A DNA stretch of 64,000 nucleotides from an uncultured Acidobacteriota bacterium. GTDB taxonomy: Bacteria; Acidobacteriota; Blastocatellia; RBC074. A model generated the notes under the pieces. That model had not been told where the DNA came from. It saw nothing but the letters and a program-made list of their open reading frames with translations, and made no database searches. The first letter of the stretch is position 1. Each line of letters opens with the position of its first letter. The position numbers were made by a program, and so were the translations under genes. The stretch lies in the NCBI GenBank assembly GCA_963796275.1, contig CAWCKY010000002.1, forward strand, positions 544,001-608,000, written 5' to 3'. Of this stretch, positions 10,519-20,915 are shown in pieces.

Positions 10519-11394
10519 ATGAAACCAGAAGATCTGTCTGTTTATCACCATCCGATCACCCCCCTTTTCCCCCGTATTCCGAAGGCACAAGAGCTTAACC
10601 GTTATCGCTTGAACGATGATCAGGTGAGATTTTTCAATGAGAACGGATACCTGGCGGGGCTCCGTATCCTGCACGATGCGGATATCGAGAGCCTGCGCCA
10701 AGAGTTGCAAGATATAGTAAATCCGGGGCAATCGGCCCATTGCCACTTCTATGAATTTCATTCGAACGAATCCGCGGATCCAGCTAAAGTGGTCTTTCAC
10801 GCGCTCGGGGCCTGGCGCATCAAACCCGGGTTCCACGACCTGCTCTGGCATCCAGCTTATCTTATTCCGGCCGCGCAACTACTAGGCGGCGCAGTACGTT
10901 TCTGGCACGATCAGCTCTTCTGCAAGCCCGCGCATCACGGCGGTGTGGTCGCATGGCATCAGGATTATTCCTACTGGACGCGTACCACCCCGCTCGCTCA
11001 TCTGACCTGCTGGATCGGGCTCGATGATACAACACACGATAACGGTTGTGTCCGCTACGTGCCCGGGAGCCATCTCTGGCCGGATCTTCCGATCACTGGA
11101 TTGACAGGTGACATAGATGCCATTCAATCAGTGCTCACTGCTGAACAGAGGAAACTGTTCAATCCGGTGGCAATCGAACTCAAGAAAGGCGAATGTACGT
11201 TCCATCACCCTCGAATGATTCACGGTTCATACGAGAACACAACCGGAAATCAACGGCGTGCAACGGTAATCAATCTCTTCCGGGATGGAGTAAGATCGAA
11301 CTCCGATGAACCGCTGCTGGCGGGCGTTCCCGTTATTCCAAAAGGTGAAAAGATGGGCGGACAGTTCTTTCCTCTTTTGTTCGATCCCGTTTGA
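10519..11394 (+). CDS. Phytanoyl-CoA dioxygenase (PhyH) family Fe(II)/2OG oxygenase
   Basis: WHQD facial-triad motif, WIGLDD...[17 protein letters not shown]...RR. Confidence 0.9.
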   Translation: MKPEDLSVYHHPITPLFPRIPKAQELNRYRLNDDQVRFFNENGYLAGLRILHDADIESLRQELQDIVNPGQSAHCHFYEFHSNESADPAKVVFHALGAWRIKPGFHDLLWHPAYLIPAAQLLGGAVRFWHDQLFCKPAHHGGVVAWHQDYSYWTRTTPLAHLTCWIGLDDTTHDNGCVRYVPGSHLWPDLPITGLTGDIDAIQSVLTAEQRKLFNPVAIELKKGECTFHHPRMIHGSYENTTGNQRRATVINLFRDGVRSNSDEPLLAGVPVIPKGEKMGGQFFPLLFDPV

Positions 11395-11487
11395 TCGCCG
11401 GCTAATTTCACGACCATTGACGTTTATGTTTGCCGTCAAGGCCATCATTGAGCATTATATTCCGATATTCCAAATTCCGTATTGGCA

Positions 11488-12528
11488 TTACGGCTTTTTA
11501 TATTTCTGAATCAACTCATTCATCCCGTCGGTCTTTCCATCATGACGAAATTCATAATATTGCTTCATGTTTTCTTTTAGTTGCTGGTTTACCTCCTTAA
11601 ATTGCGCATTGCTTTCGGTTGCACCGATAGCGCGAGCCATCCAGTCGATGGTCTCATCCATTTTCGTCAGCGCCTGGTTGAGTATCTCCGACTTCTTTTC
11701 GGCCTGATATTTTTTAGCGAGTTCCTGGTACTCTTCGTTCGAAACATTAACCAGCAGAAGAAGCGTCGGAGGATCGTAAGGGTCGACCCCGACCGCCTTC
11801 TCCAATTTATCTCTCGCCCTCGCCTTGTCATTGCTGAAATAGAGAATAGCCCCGTGTGCCTGATAAATGCGGGGAAGCCAGGTGTTACGATATGTATTCC
11901 ATGCTTCGGCAGTCATCCGCTCAGGTTTCTTATCTGTTTCCATCATCTCAATTGCTTTACCGGCGGCTTGAGACGATTCCTGCAGCAACTTCGGAGAGGC
12001 CGCTTGTTTCTGTGCCTGATTCATCCCTGACAACGCAAGCTGAGTCAGCATGATGACATCATCGGGGTTCTTCTCCAGATATTTGGAGCTTTCCTTCAGA
12101 GCCTCGTCGATCTTCCCCGAATTCAAGTAAGCCTCGACCAATGCGGGCTTGACCAGATCGGCCTCATTCGGTTGATTGAACGTGGATGTGAAGTTTTGCG
12201 CCAACGTGATCTTCTGCGAGCTATCCTTCACCGCGATGATTTCATCGGCGATGACGCCGGCGACGCGCGGCCGCATCTGGCTCTTGGAGTACTTCTTGAG
12301 ATATTCGGCCGCCGCCTTGAGTTTGGCATCCGCTCCCGATGCTGCGTTGATCTTCGCCAGGGCTTTCTGCTCATCTTCGGATACCTGCGGCGGTTGATCC
12401 TTTGTTTGACCTTGCTTTTGATCCTGTCCATCAAAGGATGAGGCGTGAGCCAATGACCCAATTGCAAAAATAAATGCGAGCAGGTACACCGCCCTCACCC
12501 GCAATTCAAGAAGAAACCTCGATTTCAT
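11488..12528 (-). CDS. Secreted TPR-like alpha-helical protein
   Basis: Signal peptide ending AHA; all-helical repeats such as LVEAYLNSGKIDEALKESSKYLEKNPDD. Confidence 0.75.
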   Translation of the reverse strand: MKSRFLLELRVRAVYLLAFIFAIGSLAHASSFDGQDQKQGQTKDQPPQVSEDEQKALAKINAASGADAKLKAAAEYLKKYSKSQMRPRVAGVIADEIIAVKDSSQKITLAQNFTSTFNQPNEADLVKPALVEAYLNSGKIDEALKESSKYLEKNPDDVIMLTQLALSGMNQAQKQAASPKLLQESSQAAGKAIEMMETDKKPERMTAEAWNTYRNTWLPRIYQAHGAILYFSNDKARARDKLEKAVGVDPYDPPTLLLLVNVSNEEYQELAKKYQAEKKSEILNQALTKMDETIDWMARAIGATESNAQFKEVNQQLKENMKQYYEFRHDGKTDGMNELIQKYKKP

Positions 12529-13017
12529 TTTTTATCCTCTTAGCTTCGTGTTTTAGCTTCGTGTTTTATTCGCGATGATCGAAATTGTAATGATCGAATT
12601 TTATGATTGATACCGAATAGCGATATGCGTTATCTGCCGATCACTAAGCGGTATTATACTTATTTTGTGAAAAATCAGTACCACAAGCGATAGCCCCCGA
12701 CTTGTGGAAATGAAATTCGCTCGCTGCCTTCGCCAGACCAACTATCCTCACCTGCTCTCGTTCGTATGTTTTCGCGCGATTGCGTGGTCCTTCGACCCTC
12801 CCTATAGATCGTAATACAGAATCTCAGGTGGAGCGATAAATCGATTCAACACATATATTTATATCCCCAGGTGGCTTTATTGGAAAAATTTGTTGATTTA
12901 TTTCATCCCTATGGACCAATCACGAGGTGGTAAGTTCAATTCTCGTGCCGTTTCTCGCTGCGCTATTGGGGGAGCAAAAAAACTATATCAAACACTTGCA
13001 AGAGGGAGTGATAACAC

Positions 13018-13060
13018 AAAAAAAACAGAGGGCACGAAAGATACTCTTCGCGTCCTCTGT
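13018..13060 (-). terminator. Rho-independent terminator downstream of the OmpA-family gene
   Basis: Stem ACAGAGGGCACGAA/TTCGCGTCCTCTGT followed by a U8 tract on the minus strand, about 30 bp after the stop. Confidence 0.75.
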
Positions 13061-13092
13061 CTTCTTACGATTCTTCCGGCGAACTTTAGCGC

Positions 13093-14043
13093 TTATTGTT
13101 TAGCAGGAGCCGGAGTAGCGGGGGCTGTCGATGCCTGGGACCGGGTCATCCCGCGATTGATGAGCACCTTAACCTCCACCCGCCGATTTTGCGCGCGTCC
13201 CGATGATGTTTTGTTATTGGCAACTGCCGTCGTCTCTCCGTAACCCATCGGCGAGACGAAGCGGCGGAGCGGGATTTTATGATTCACTGCCAGGAATTGG
13301 ATCACTGATTCGGCTCGCTGCCGGCTGAGAATAAAATTCCTCGCTTCGCTTCCGGTAGAATCGGCAAAACCCCCGACCTCGATAATATAAGACTTGGCGT
13401 TGATCGCTTTTTCGGCCAGAGCGGCGAGATCCTGCCTGGCCTTTGATGAAAGGGTAATGCTGTTCACGCCGAAATTTACGGTGACTGATTCCTGCACATC
13501 ATAGTCATCCAAAGCTGAAATGCGCTCATTCGCCGCGCCCGCTTCGCTTCTGGCCTCAGCGGCGACCGCCGATAACTCATCTACCTGTCCGGACAACCGC
13601 TCCTGGTTCTCCTCGACCGGATTAACGCGCGTGTCAGTTGTGATCGCGGCTCTCATATCAGACTCGTTGAACCGGACCTTTTCTGCTACGAGTTGGCCCT
13701 GCGCATCACCGCGTCCCTCAACCTCCACAATCAGCCCTCTCAAAATATCTGTAATTGCGTATTTCTTGCCGCGGCGGAAAAATCCGCCAAAATTCTTGAT
13801 GCTCGTGGTGTCCGTCAGGAGGACTTGATAATCCGTACGGCTCCGGTCTCTTATCGTGAAGGTATCAGCGTCGCGCCCCAAAACGACACCTTGAAACTTC
13901 AACTTCGCTCCGCTTGGAACGGACTGTATATTAACTGGGCGTTTTTGAGCGACCTGAGTGTTCGTGGTTTGTCCAAATATCAGAGGAGTTACCATTAATA
14001 CAAGCGCCAGACAGAACATTCGAGTTACCGATTTCATTAACAT
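13093..14043 (-). CDS. OmpA-family peptidoglycan-binding protein with N-terminal OB-fold-like (DUF5666-like) domain and coiled coil
   Basis: Signal peptide; VGGFADSTG...NFILSRQRAESV...GYGE...GRAQNRRVEV OmpA C-terminal motifs. Confidence 0.88.
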   Translation of the reverse strand: MLMKSVTRMFCLALVLMVTPLIFGQTTNTQVAQKRPVNIQSVPSGAKLKFQGVVLGRDADTFTIRDRSRTDYQVLLTDTTSIKNFGGFFRRGKKYAITDILRGLIVEVEGRGDAQGQLVAEKVRFNESDMRAAITTDTRVNPVEENQERLSGQVDELSAVAAEARSEAGAANERISALDDYDVQESVTVNFGVNSITLSSKARQDLAALAEKAINAKSYIIEVGGFADSTGSEARNFILSRQRAESVIQFLAVNHKIPLRRFVSPMGYGETTAVANNKTSSGRAQNRRVEVKVLINRGMTRSQASTAPATPAPAKQ

Positions 14044-14181
14044 ATTTCCCTCTTCCTGAGCTGATGGAATGCCTCGCATATACCATCAGTCATTGGCATC
14101 AAACAAGTTAAACTGTTTGGGGGAAGGAACAAGAATCGTAACCAAAAGCGTGACAGAAATCAACAAAACGATGCGGCGGGA

Positions 14182-17142
14182 TCAATCGACGAAGCGTAAT
14201 CCTTCTGGTAACGACTCGCCGAAAATGCGTACAGCATCCGCGCGACCGGGGGGAACATACTCGCGCAGGCTTTCGAGCAGGCCTTCAGTCATACCCGCTT
14301 CGTTCAGTTTCACCAGTGCTGACCAGCGCAGATCGCCTTCGATGTCACGTTGCGGATCCCCGGTCAGAGCACCCAATTGAACGATAGCCGAAGCGATGTC
14401 GGGCGAGAGGTCGGCCAATTGCAGCAATGACCTGATCCATTGCCCCGCGCTCTCCGCCGGCACAACACAATTGAGCGGGCCATAGAGGGGGATCCGCGCG
14501 CCCAAGCGGCCGAGGGACCAGAGGAAACTTTTATTACCGGGATGTTCTTTGACCTTACCCAGTAGTTCCTGGCCCAGCGCTACGCGCGTGTTCCCCGGCA
14601 AGTGTTCCAGGCTCGCCAGCAATCGCCAACCTTCGCGTTCGACCTGAGTGTTGAGCCGCCCCTTCAATTTCTTCCCTCCTACTCCTATGGCGTTCCGGAT
14701 CCGGTGGAAGATTTCATTCTGCTGGTTGGCGTTCAATCCTCCAGCCAGGCGCCGCCAGAGCACCAGCCACTCGATCTGGCACTGCAGTTCTTTCGGGAAC
14801 ATAAGTCCTGCCATATAAATTTTGCGCGCCTGCGCGATGCGCCAATCGTCGGCCGGCGCGCCGAATCCGGGGCGCAGGCAGAAGCCGAAGAGATTGAGCC
14901 AGCGGGCCTCGAATTTCGCCCCTTTCTTCCGCCCGTCAGCCACATCATCATCCGCCAACACATCGCAGAGATTGCGAATTGTGATCATCGGCCAGGCGTC
15001 CTTCCCGTATCCGAAGAGACCTTCGATCTTATTAACCAGCGTTTCGGGCGTAACAATATCGCTCTCGATATCTTTACCAGGCACGTTAAAAACAGCACGA
15101 ATCAGGCTTTCGGAACGATCAACCGATTCATCAGAAATTACGGTCTGCGTCTCTTCCGCGTCATACTCGTCTTCAATATCAGGCGCAGGTTCAAAGCCCC
15201 GCAGCTGAAATAACAGCCGCCACCGGTGTTCGGTCTTGAGCGATTCGCACCAAAGTTCGAGGGTACCCACCTCCGTGAAGTAAACGGTCAGCCGGACGGC
15301 AAGTTCCACTTGCTTCGACTTCTTGCCGAAGCGAAGGGTGGTTATTAGCGGAGCGTGCCGGTGAACCTCTTCTTCGCTCAGAGTAACCACATCGCCGTGG
15401 GCGTCATGGCCGGTAGTTGAGCTGTATAACGTGAAGGTGACCGGCCGGTTGGCAAGGGCCATAAATTCCCTGCTCTCCAGATTGAGCGTGGTTCCCTCTT
15501 CAGTTCCGCGCGGCAAAACGCAGACGGCCTGCACCTGCCCATCCGCGACCTGAACGCCACTCTGCACGCCGATGTAATAAGCGCGGGCGCTCCCGCCGCT
15601 GATGCGTAATCCGCCGCTCTTCCGCACGTGACCGTAATAGGCCGCACCCACGGCCACCGCGCTCTCAGGCACCTCATTGCTCAGGACCTTCGGACGCCAC
15701 ACGCTTTCATCGGAAAACCAGCCGGCGATGGTATCAATGATGCGCTCGCGGGTGATTGGCGGAGCAAAGAATCCGCCGTTGAAGAGCACCGCGTCTGGTC
15801 TGATCATTGTCGATTTGGCAATGAGGCTTGCTGATTGCCGATTGGGCGATGCAGATCGGCTCGATCGCGCGGCAGATCGCGTATTTGATGAATTTGGGAC
15901 TTGAGGCAGTAGGGCGTCTTTTGTATCCCCAGCCGCCTCCCGCATTCCATTATCTCTGCCCGCTTTAGTAAGAAATTCTGCCAGATGCTTCGTGATAGCC
16001 GGTTCACTGTCGTAAGGCAAGCCCAACTCACGCAAGCCGGTTCTCCGCGCACGCGGCGGCAGCTCGACGGGCGCGGTAACCGGAAGAAATCCGTTGAGGA
16101 GAGTTTCCTCAACCTCCTCCCGCGTGAGTTCCGTGCTGAGAGTTCCGCCTACTACCGTGCGGCCGCCACCAAGCACGCTCAACGGCACGCGCTTGATCCG
16201 CCCGGCACCCAATAACCTTTCCTTCGCGAAACAGCACGCGCGCCGCAAAGCGTTCTGCTGGCGCAGGTCGAGTTTGGGATTACCCAGCTTCTCCATCACA
16301 CGGTGCGCCAGAGCCAGATCGACATTATCCCCGCCCAGAAGAAGGTGCTCGCCTATCGCTATGCGCTCGAATCGAATCTCTCCATTCACGATCTGCACGC
16401 GAATCAGGCTGAAATCGGTGGTACCGCCTCCTACATCGCATATCAGGACCAAATCACCATCTTTGAGATATCGCTTGAGCGATCGCCGGCGAGCCGCTAT
16501 CCAGGCGTAGAAAGCAGCCAGAGGTTCTTCGAGGAGCGTCAGCTTTAACAACCCGGCATCGCGCGCTGACTGCACGGTTAACTCGCGCGCCTCCTCGTCA
16601 AACGAGGCGGGCACTGTGAGGACAATCTCCTGCCGTTCGAAACGCAACTCATCTTCGCCTGCGGCGATCGCGTGATTCCACGAGTCGCGCAGATGAGCCA
16701 GGTAACGCGTAGAGGCTTCCACCGGAGAACATGTCTGATCAGATTGGTTCGTCTGCCCCAATTGCTCCATCTGCCCGGCGCCCCAGGGCAGAATGCGCGC
16801 CGTGCGGTCAACCGCATCGTGACTCAGCCACGATTTGGCCGAATTGACCTGCCGCCCCGGCACGAGCGCGCCTTGCTCGCGCGCAAAAACGCCGGCGACG
16901 AACTTCGGATAATCGTCCCAGGGAAGCCGCAGACTACCGGGGACATCCTGTTCGCTGGCGAAATAGAGGAACGAGGGCAACGTCGGCTGCGATCCGAGTT
17001 CTCCCTCCGCGATGAGTTGTAATATCTCGAAGTTATGGATGGCCGGAATATCGCCGGTCAGGGCTTCCCGGGTGTTCACATAGGCTACGGCCGAATTGGT
17101 TGTGCCCAGATCAATCCCGATCAAATAACCGCTAAAATCCAT
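14182..17142 (-). CDS. Atypical Hsp70-family protein with C-terminal DUF3731-like helical domain
   Basis: GIDLGTTNS, TVPASFD, LEEPLAA, DVGGGTTD, LGGDNVD. C-terminal RWLNLFGFCLRPGFG...DDWR region typical of DUF3731. Confidence 0.9.
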   Translation of the reverse strand: MDFSGYLIGIDLGTTNSAVAYVNTREALTGDIPAIHNFEILQLIAEGELGSQPTLPSFLYFASEQDVPGSLRLPWDDYPKFVAGVFAREQGALVPGRQVNSAKSWLSHDAVDRTARILPWGAGQMEQLGQTNQSDQTCSPVEASTRYLAHLRDSWNHAIAAGEDELRFERQEIVLTVPASFDEEARELTVQSARDAGLLKLTLLEEPLAAFYAWIAARRRSLKRYLKDGDLVLICDVGGGTTDFSLIRVQIVNGEIRFERIAIGEHLLLGGDNVDLALAHRVMEKLGNPKLDLRQQNALRRACCFAKERLLGAGRIKRVPLSVLGGGRTVVGGTLSTELTREEVEETLLNGFLPVTAPVELPPRARRTGLRELGLPYDSEPAITKHLAEFLTKAGRDNGMREAAGDTKDALLPQVPNSSNTRSAARSSRSASPNRQSASLIAKSTMIRPDAVLFNGGFFAPPITRERIIDTIAGWFSDESVWRPKVLSNEVPESAVAVGAAYYGHVRKSGGLRISGGSARAYYIGVQSGVQVADGQVQAVCVLPRGTEEGTTLNLESREFMALANRPVTFTLYSSTTGHDAHGDVVTLSEEEVHRHAPLITTLRFGKKSKQVELAVRLTVYFTEVGTLELWCESLKTEHRWRLLFQLRGFEPAPDIEDEYDAEETQTVISDESVDRSESLIRAVFNVPGKDIESDIVTPETLVNKIEGLFGYGKDAWPMITIRNLCDVLADDDVADGRKKGAKFEARWLNLFGFCLRPGFGAPADDWRIAQARKIYMAGLMFPKELQCQIEWLVLWRRLAGGLNANQQNEIFHRIRNAIGVGGKKLKGRLNTQVEREGWRLLASLEHLPGNTRVALGQELLGKVKEHPGNKSFLWSLGRLGARIPLYGPLNCVVPAESAGQWIRSLLQLADLSPDIASAIVQLGALTGDPQRDIEGDLRWSALVKLNEAGMTEGLLESLREYVPPGRADAVRIFGESLPEGLRFVD

Positions 17143-17213
17143 TTTCAGTTTTCAGTCTTCAGTTTCTTCAGTTTCAATCGTTTGACCGCAATAAAACTGA
17201 AAACAGATCACCT

Positions 17214-19085
17214 CTAGTCTCTTTCACGAATATTCAATTCCAGTTTCCAACGCTGTTTTCCGTCGCGCGACACGCACCAGAGCTCCAGTGTCCCGATCTC
17301 GGTGACGCGGCTCTCCAGCCTAACCGGCAATACCGTGTCATCCTGTCCGTCTACCTTCAGCGTTACTTCGAGCGGGCTCAGTTCTTGGATATCATCACTC
17401 CCCCAATCCTCGACCAGGCTACCGATCTGGTCCCGCTTGCGCACAGTAGAGCTCAGGAAACGGAACTCGGCTGGTTCGCCGACGATCAGACCGAATTCGC
17501 GGTCGGGGATTTTGGCTTCCGTTCCCTCCTCCATCCCGAAAGGAACGACGCAAAGCGCTTTGAGTGGCGCGGGAAGACCAGGTACGGCGGGCATCGCGCT
17601 CTCGACGCCGATATAGTATGTGCGCGGGGCGCCGCTGCGTATGCGCACGCCGTGCCCGCTCCGTGCGCGGCCGTAATATGCCGCGCCGCAAGCCACGGCA
17701 TGGTCGAGGTCGGGCGCATCCAACACCTCTTTCGCGCTCAGCGGTTCGAGCCCCTCAGCGCGCAGCCAGCTGTTAAGCACCTCAACCAGGCGATCGCGCA
17801 GCAAAGCCGCCTTCATCACTCCGCCGTTGAAAAGAATATGAGTCGGACAGGCGAACCCGCTCCGGCCGCGCCTGATCGATGCGGCGTCCGGGCTGTTGCC
17901 GGCCTGGCTCGCAAGGAAACGGGCCATATGTTTAGTGACTGCCGGGTCGGCGGCATAAGGAAGCCCGAGTTCCTGAAATCCGATGCGGCGCTGGCGCACG
18001 GGCATTTCGTTATTGGACACAAGCGGGAAAAATCCCTCGACCAGTGTCTGCTCGACGTCTTCGCGCAGCAGTTCGGTCTTGATCGTTCCACCGACCAATT
18101 TTGTTCCTTTACCGAGGATTGTGATCGGCTGTTTCTTGCTTCGAGTCTCAGAAAATATTTTCTCTTTCGCGGTCCTCGCCTGGTGCCAGAGCGATTGTAA
18201 TTGCCAGTTGTCGATCCGATGCCCCTCGTTCTCCAGCCGCTGTTGCAGCAAGCGTGCGAGAGCGAGATCCATGTTGTCGCCGCCCAGGAGGATGTGGTCG
18301 CCTACGGCGACGCGTCTAAGAGCGAGCTCGCCGTTTTCCTCAGAGACCGCGATCAGGCTGAAGTCGGTAGTCCCGCCTCCCACATCGCAGACCAGAATCA
18401 GATCGCCGACCTTGATGCGATTGCGCCATGAGTCAGATTGCGCTTCCAGCCACGCATAGAAAGCGGCTTGCGGCTCTTCCAGGAGCGTGACGCGGCTGAG
18501 CCCGGCCTGCTCGGCTGCGCGTAATGTCAACTCGCGAGCCTCTTCATCGAAAGATGCCGGGACCGTGAGAAATATTTCCTGCTCGCTGAGCCCAAATTCC
18601 GGCGCCTTCTTCGCCATCTGGCTGTCCCAGACGTTGCGCAAATATTCGAGGTACCGCGCGGATGCCTCGACCGGTGATAGTTTCTGAATCTCCTCGGAGG
18701 TACCCGCTGCCCCGGTTGCCCCCGCCCCGGTAGCCCCCCACGGGAGAATGGGTGAAGTGCGATTGACCGCAGCGTATGAGAGCCAGGATTTAGCGGAGGC
18801 AATCAACCGCGCGGGATTTTCACTTCCACGCTTGCGCGCCAATTCGCCGACCACGAGCTGGGGGTTTCGATCCCAAGGGAGCGCGAGACTGCCTTTCGGA
18901 AAATCCATCTCGCCGGGAATGAAGAGAAACGATGGCAGCAGCGAGCGCTCCTCAACTTCACCCGGGTTGACGAGTTGCGGAACCGGGCGCACCTCGCTCT
19001 TCGCGTTGTCATCCGAAACCGTGGTATCAAGATAAGCCAGAGCTGAATTAGTAGTCCCCAAATCAATGCCGACGATGTACCGCAT
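17214..19085 (-). CDS. Atypical Hsp70-family protein (short paralogue)
   Basis: GIDLGTTNS, TVPASFDE, EEPQAA, DVGGGTTD, GGDNMD. Ends after a short beta domain (GTLELWC...RWKLELNIR) with no DnaK lid. Confidence 0.9.
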   Translation of the reverse strand: MRYIVGIDLGTTNSALAYLDTTVSDDNAKSEVRPVPQLVNPGEVEERSLLPSFLFIPGEMDFPKGSLALPWDRNPQLVVGELARKRGSENPARLIASAKSWLSYAAVNRTSPILPWGATGAGATGAAGTSEEIQKLSPVEASARYLEYLRNVWDSQMAKKAPEFGLSEQEIFLTVPASFDEEARELTLRAAEQAGLSRVTLLEEPQAAFYAWLEAQSDSWRNRIKVGDLILVCDVGGGTTDFSLIAVSEENGELALRRVAVGDHILLGGDNMDLALARLLQQRLENEGHRIDNWQLQSLWHQARTAKEKIFSETRSKKQPITILGKGTKLVGGTIKTELLREDVEQTLVEGFFPLVSNNEMPVRQRRIGFQELGLPYAADPAVTKHMARFLASQAGNSPDAASIRRGRSGFACPTHILFNGGVMKAALLRDRLVEVLNSWLRAEGLEPLSAKEVLDAPDLDHAVACGAAYYGRARSGHGVRIRSGAPRTYYIGVESAMPAVPGLPAPLKALCVVPFGMEEGTEAKIPDREFGLIVGEPAEFRFLSSTVRKRDQIGSLVEDWGSDDIQELSPLEVTLKVDGQDDTVLPVRLESRVTEIGTLELWCVSRDGKQRWKLELNIRERD

Positions 19086-19208
19086 TTAAAAATCCTTTTT
19101 CAGGTTCAGTTTTTCAGTTTTCAGTTTTTATAATTGATGCTCGATCCGGTAATAATCTGTTAACTGAATACTGAAAACTGTATCCCATCAAAGATACTGC
19201 CGGTGCCT

Positions 19209-19766
19209 TTACAGAATCTCTACTTCTGCAGGCGCGATGATCTCGCGACCGCTGCCACCGGGTAACGGAGGCATATTCACACGCGCGACGCGCCAGCCTC
19301 TGTGACGCAATTGTCCTCGAAGCGGCGATCTGCTTGTGATATTGCCGATCAATTTGATTGTCGCCGGATCGAAGCCAGGTTCGACCGTCACCATCTGACC
19401 TTCCTCGGAATCGATCACCGGTTCCAGTTTAAAATAATGCTCGATCACCTTCCGGCAACTTTCATGTACATCGCGCGCCGCGGCGCCAATCTGCGCGTCC
19501 TGGTACGGCGCAATGTCCTCGGTTATAAAATCAACAAGTCGCCCGTCGCGCTGCAGTAAGGCGAGCATCTGAACTGCTCGATCAACCGGCTCCTCGACCG
19601 GCGCCTCGGCTCGTGCGGCCGTTGTCACAGCTGGCGTTGGAGATGTAACGAATGATATTTGCTCGTTGATTATTTCAGGCGCTATCTCCGCCGGGATCTC
19701 GCCCCTGGAGAGAATCGAGAGAAAGCACCGAACCGCGTAAGATAGACGTTTCCCGAATCCCATCAT
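19209..19766 (-). CDS. DUF2760-family protein
   Basis: QMLALLQRDGRLVDF...IGAAARDVH...GFDP...HRGW...IAPAEVEI; first gene of the Hsp70 cluster. Confidence 0.85.
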   Translation of the reverse strand: MMGFGKRLSYAVRCFLSILSRGEIPAEIAPEIINEQISFVTSPTPAVTTAARAEAPVEEPVDRAVQMLALLQRDGRLVDFITEDIAPYQDAQIGAAARDVHESCRKVIEHYFKLEPVIDSEEGQMVTVEPGFDPATIKLIGNITSRSPLRGQLRHRGWRVARVNMPPLPGGSGREIIAPAEVEIL

Positions 19767-19784
19767 TATATTGCCTAATATTTC

Positions 19785-20198
19785 CTAGATTGCCGTCCGA
19801 TATTTTGTTGGCGTTATCCTCACCAAACTATAATCAGCTATCAGCGATTCCGCCGACAAACCAATACTCAACATTCCCTCCCTGTATTTCAATGCGTATG
19901 AATCCACCTCTTCCCTACTGGGCGGTGGTCCGCTCAATCCGGCTTCAGCCTGAAAGATAGCGACCTCCGCCCCATCCGGATCGCTGTTCAGGTTGAGCGC
20001 CACTCTCGGATTGCCTGACATGTTTCGCCATTTGACGCTTTTATTCTCGGTGAAAACCAGAAATTGCGCGCCTGTCCAATAGAACCAGACGGGATTCGGA
20101 AGCGGAGTCCCATCCGATTTCGTCGTCGTCAACCAGATGACCTGCTCCTTATCCAATCTATCCGCGACTTGTAGTGGAATTTCGATTGCCAATTGCAC
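19785..20198 (-). CDS. PPOX-class (pyridoxamine 5'-phosphate oxidase-like) probable F420/flavin-binding protein
   Basis: VIWLTT...DGTPLPNPVWFYW...K..N...NPRVALN pattern of the Rv3369-like PPOX family. Confidence 0.8.
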   Translation of the reverse strand: MQLAIEIPLQVADRLDKEQVIWLTTTKSDGTPLPNPVWFYWTGAQFLVFTENKSVKWRNMSGNPRVALNLNSDPDGAEVAIFQAEAGLSGPPPSREEVDSYALKYREGMLSIGLSAESLIADYSLVRITPTKYRTAI

Positions 20199-20402
20199 CT
20201 CCTTATCCCCGTTATCACATGGGGATGAACTCCCATCATCATTTGATGAAACATTTGATGAAACTGATAAATTTGTTTATCGGTGTAAGTTCAAAATAGT
20301 GCAATATTTCCCGCAAATCAAACTAGGGGAAAAAAGATATTCACTACAAAAATCACAAATTGTTCAAGAGGCACAAAAGGCGGGGTACGTACAAGGTATC
20401 AA

Positions 20403-20915
20403 TCAAACAACTTCGCCACCAATTTCTCGCCATTCGCGTTCAATTTCTTTGGCGTCTCCGGGGGTTCTCACTCTGACACTGATCAATATCTTCCGTCGCT
20501 TAACTGCTTCCAATCCCCAATCGACGGCCCTGGAATTGACTAACTTCCAGACCATCGAACCGATCACTGCGCATATGAATATCCCTCCCGATGATAACGT
20601 TATCCATACGAGTATCATCACTCCAATCTCCGGCGGACTGAAAATACTTTTCAAGAACAGGCAGGCGAGAGTAATAAATAGGATGCTCACTAGAATCGCA
20701 GCTGATAACAGTAACCTGTTTATACCTCGCTGTGCGATGTCTTCATCTTCAGGTGGTTTCCCGACGAATTCGCACAACTCAACCACTCTCATTGTTTCTC
20801 TGCTATATCCGAAATCCATCAGCACTTGCTGAGCGTGAAATGCTTCGGTCTGATTGTTGAACCGTCCGATCAGGACGTCGTTTTTACCCTTGTTGATGCT
20901 TCCGGAAATGAACAT
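20403..20915 (-). CDS. Hypothetical membrane protein (2 TM, general-stress-protein-like ferredoxin-fold ends)
   Basis: RBS GGAGG before ATG 20915; LIGRF...A...L...GY N-terminus, two hydrophobic helices, ILISVRV C-terminus. Confidence 0.6.
   Translation of the reverse strand: MFISGSINKGKNDVLIGRFNNQTEAFHAQQVLMDFGYSRETMRVVELCEFVGKPPEDEDIAQRGINRLLLSAAILVSILFITLACLFLKSIFSPPEIGVMILVWITLSSGGIFICAVIGSMVWKLVNSRAVDWGLEAVKRRKILISVRVRTPGDAKEIEREWREIGGEVV

Noticed and set aside
20137-20832. 231-aa plus-strand ORF
   Set aside because: Antisense to a better-supported membrane-protein gene and overlapping the PPOX gene; no motifs.
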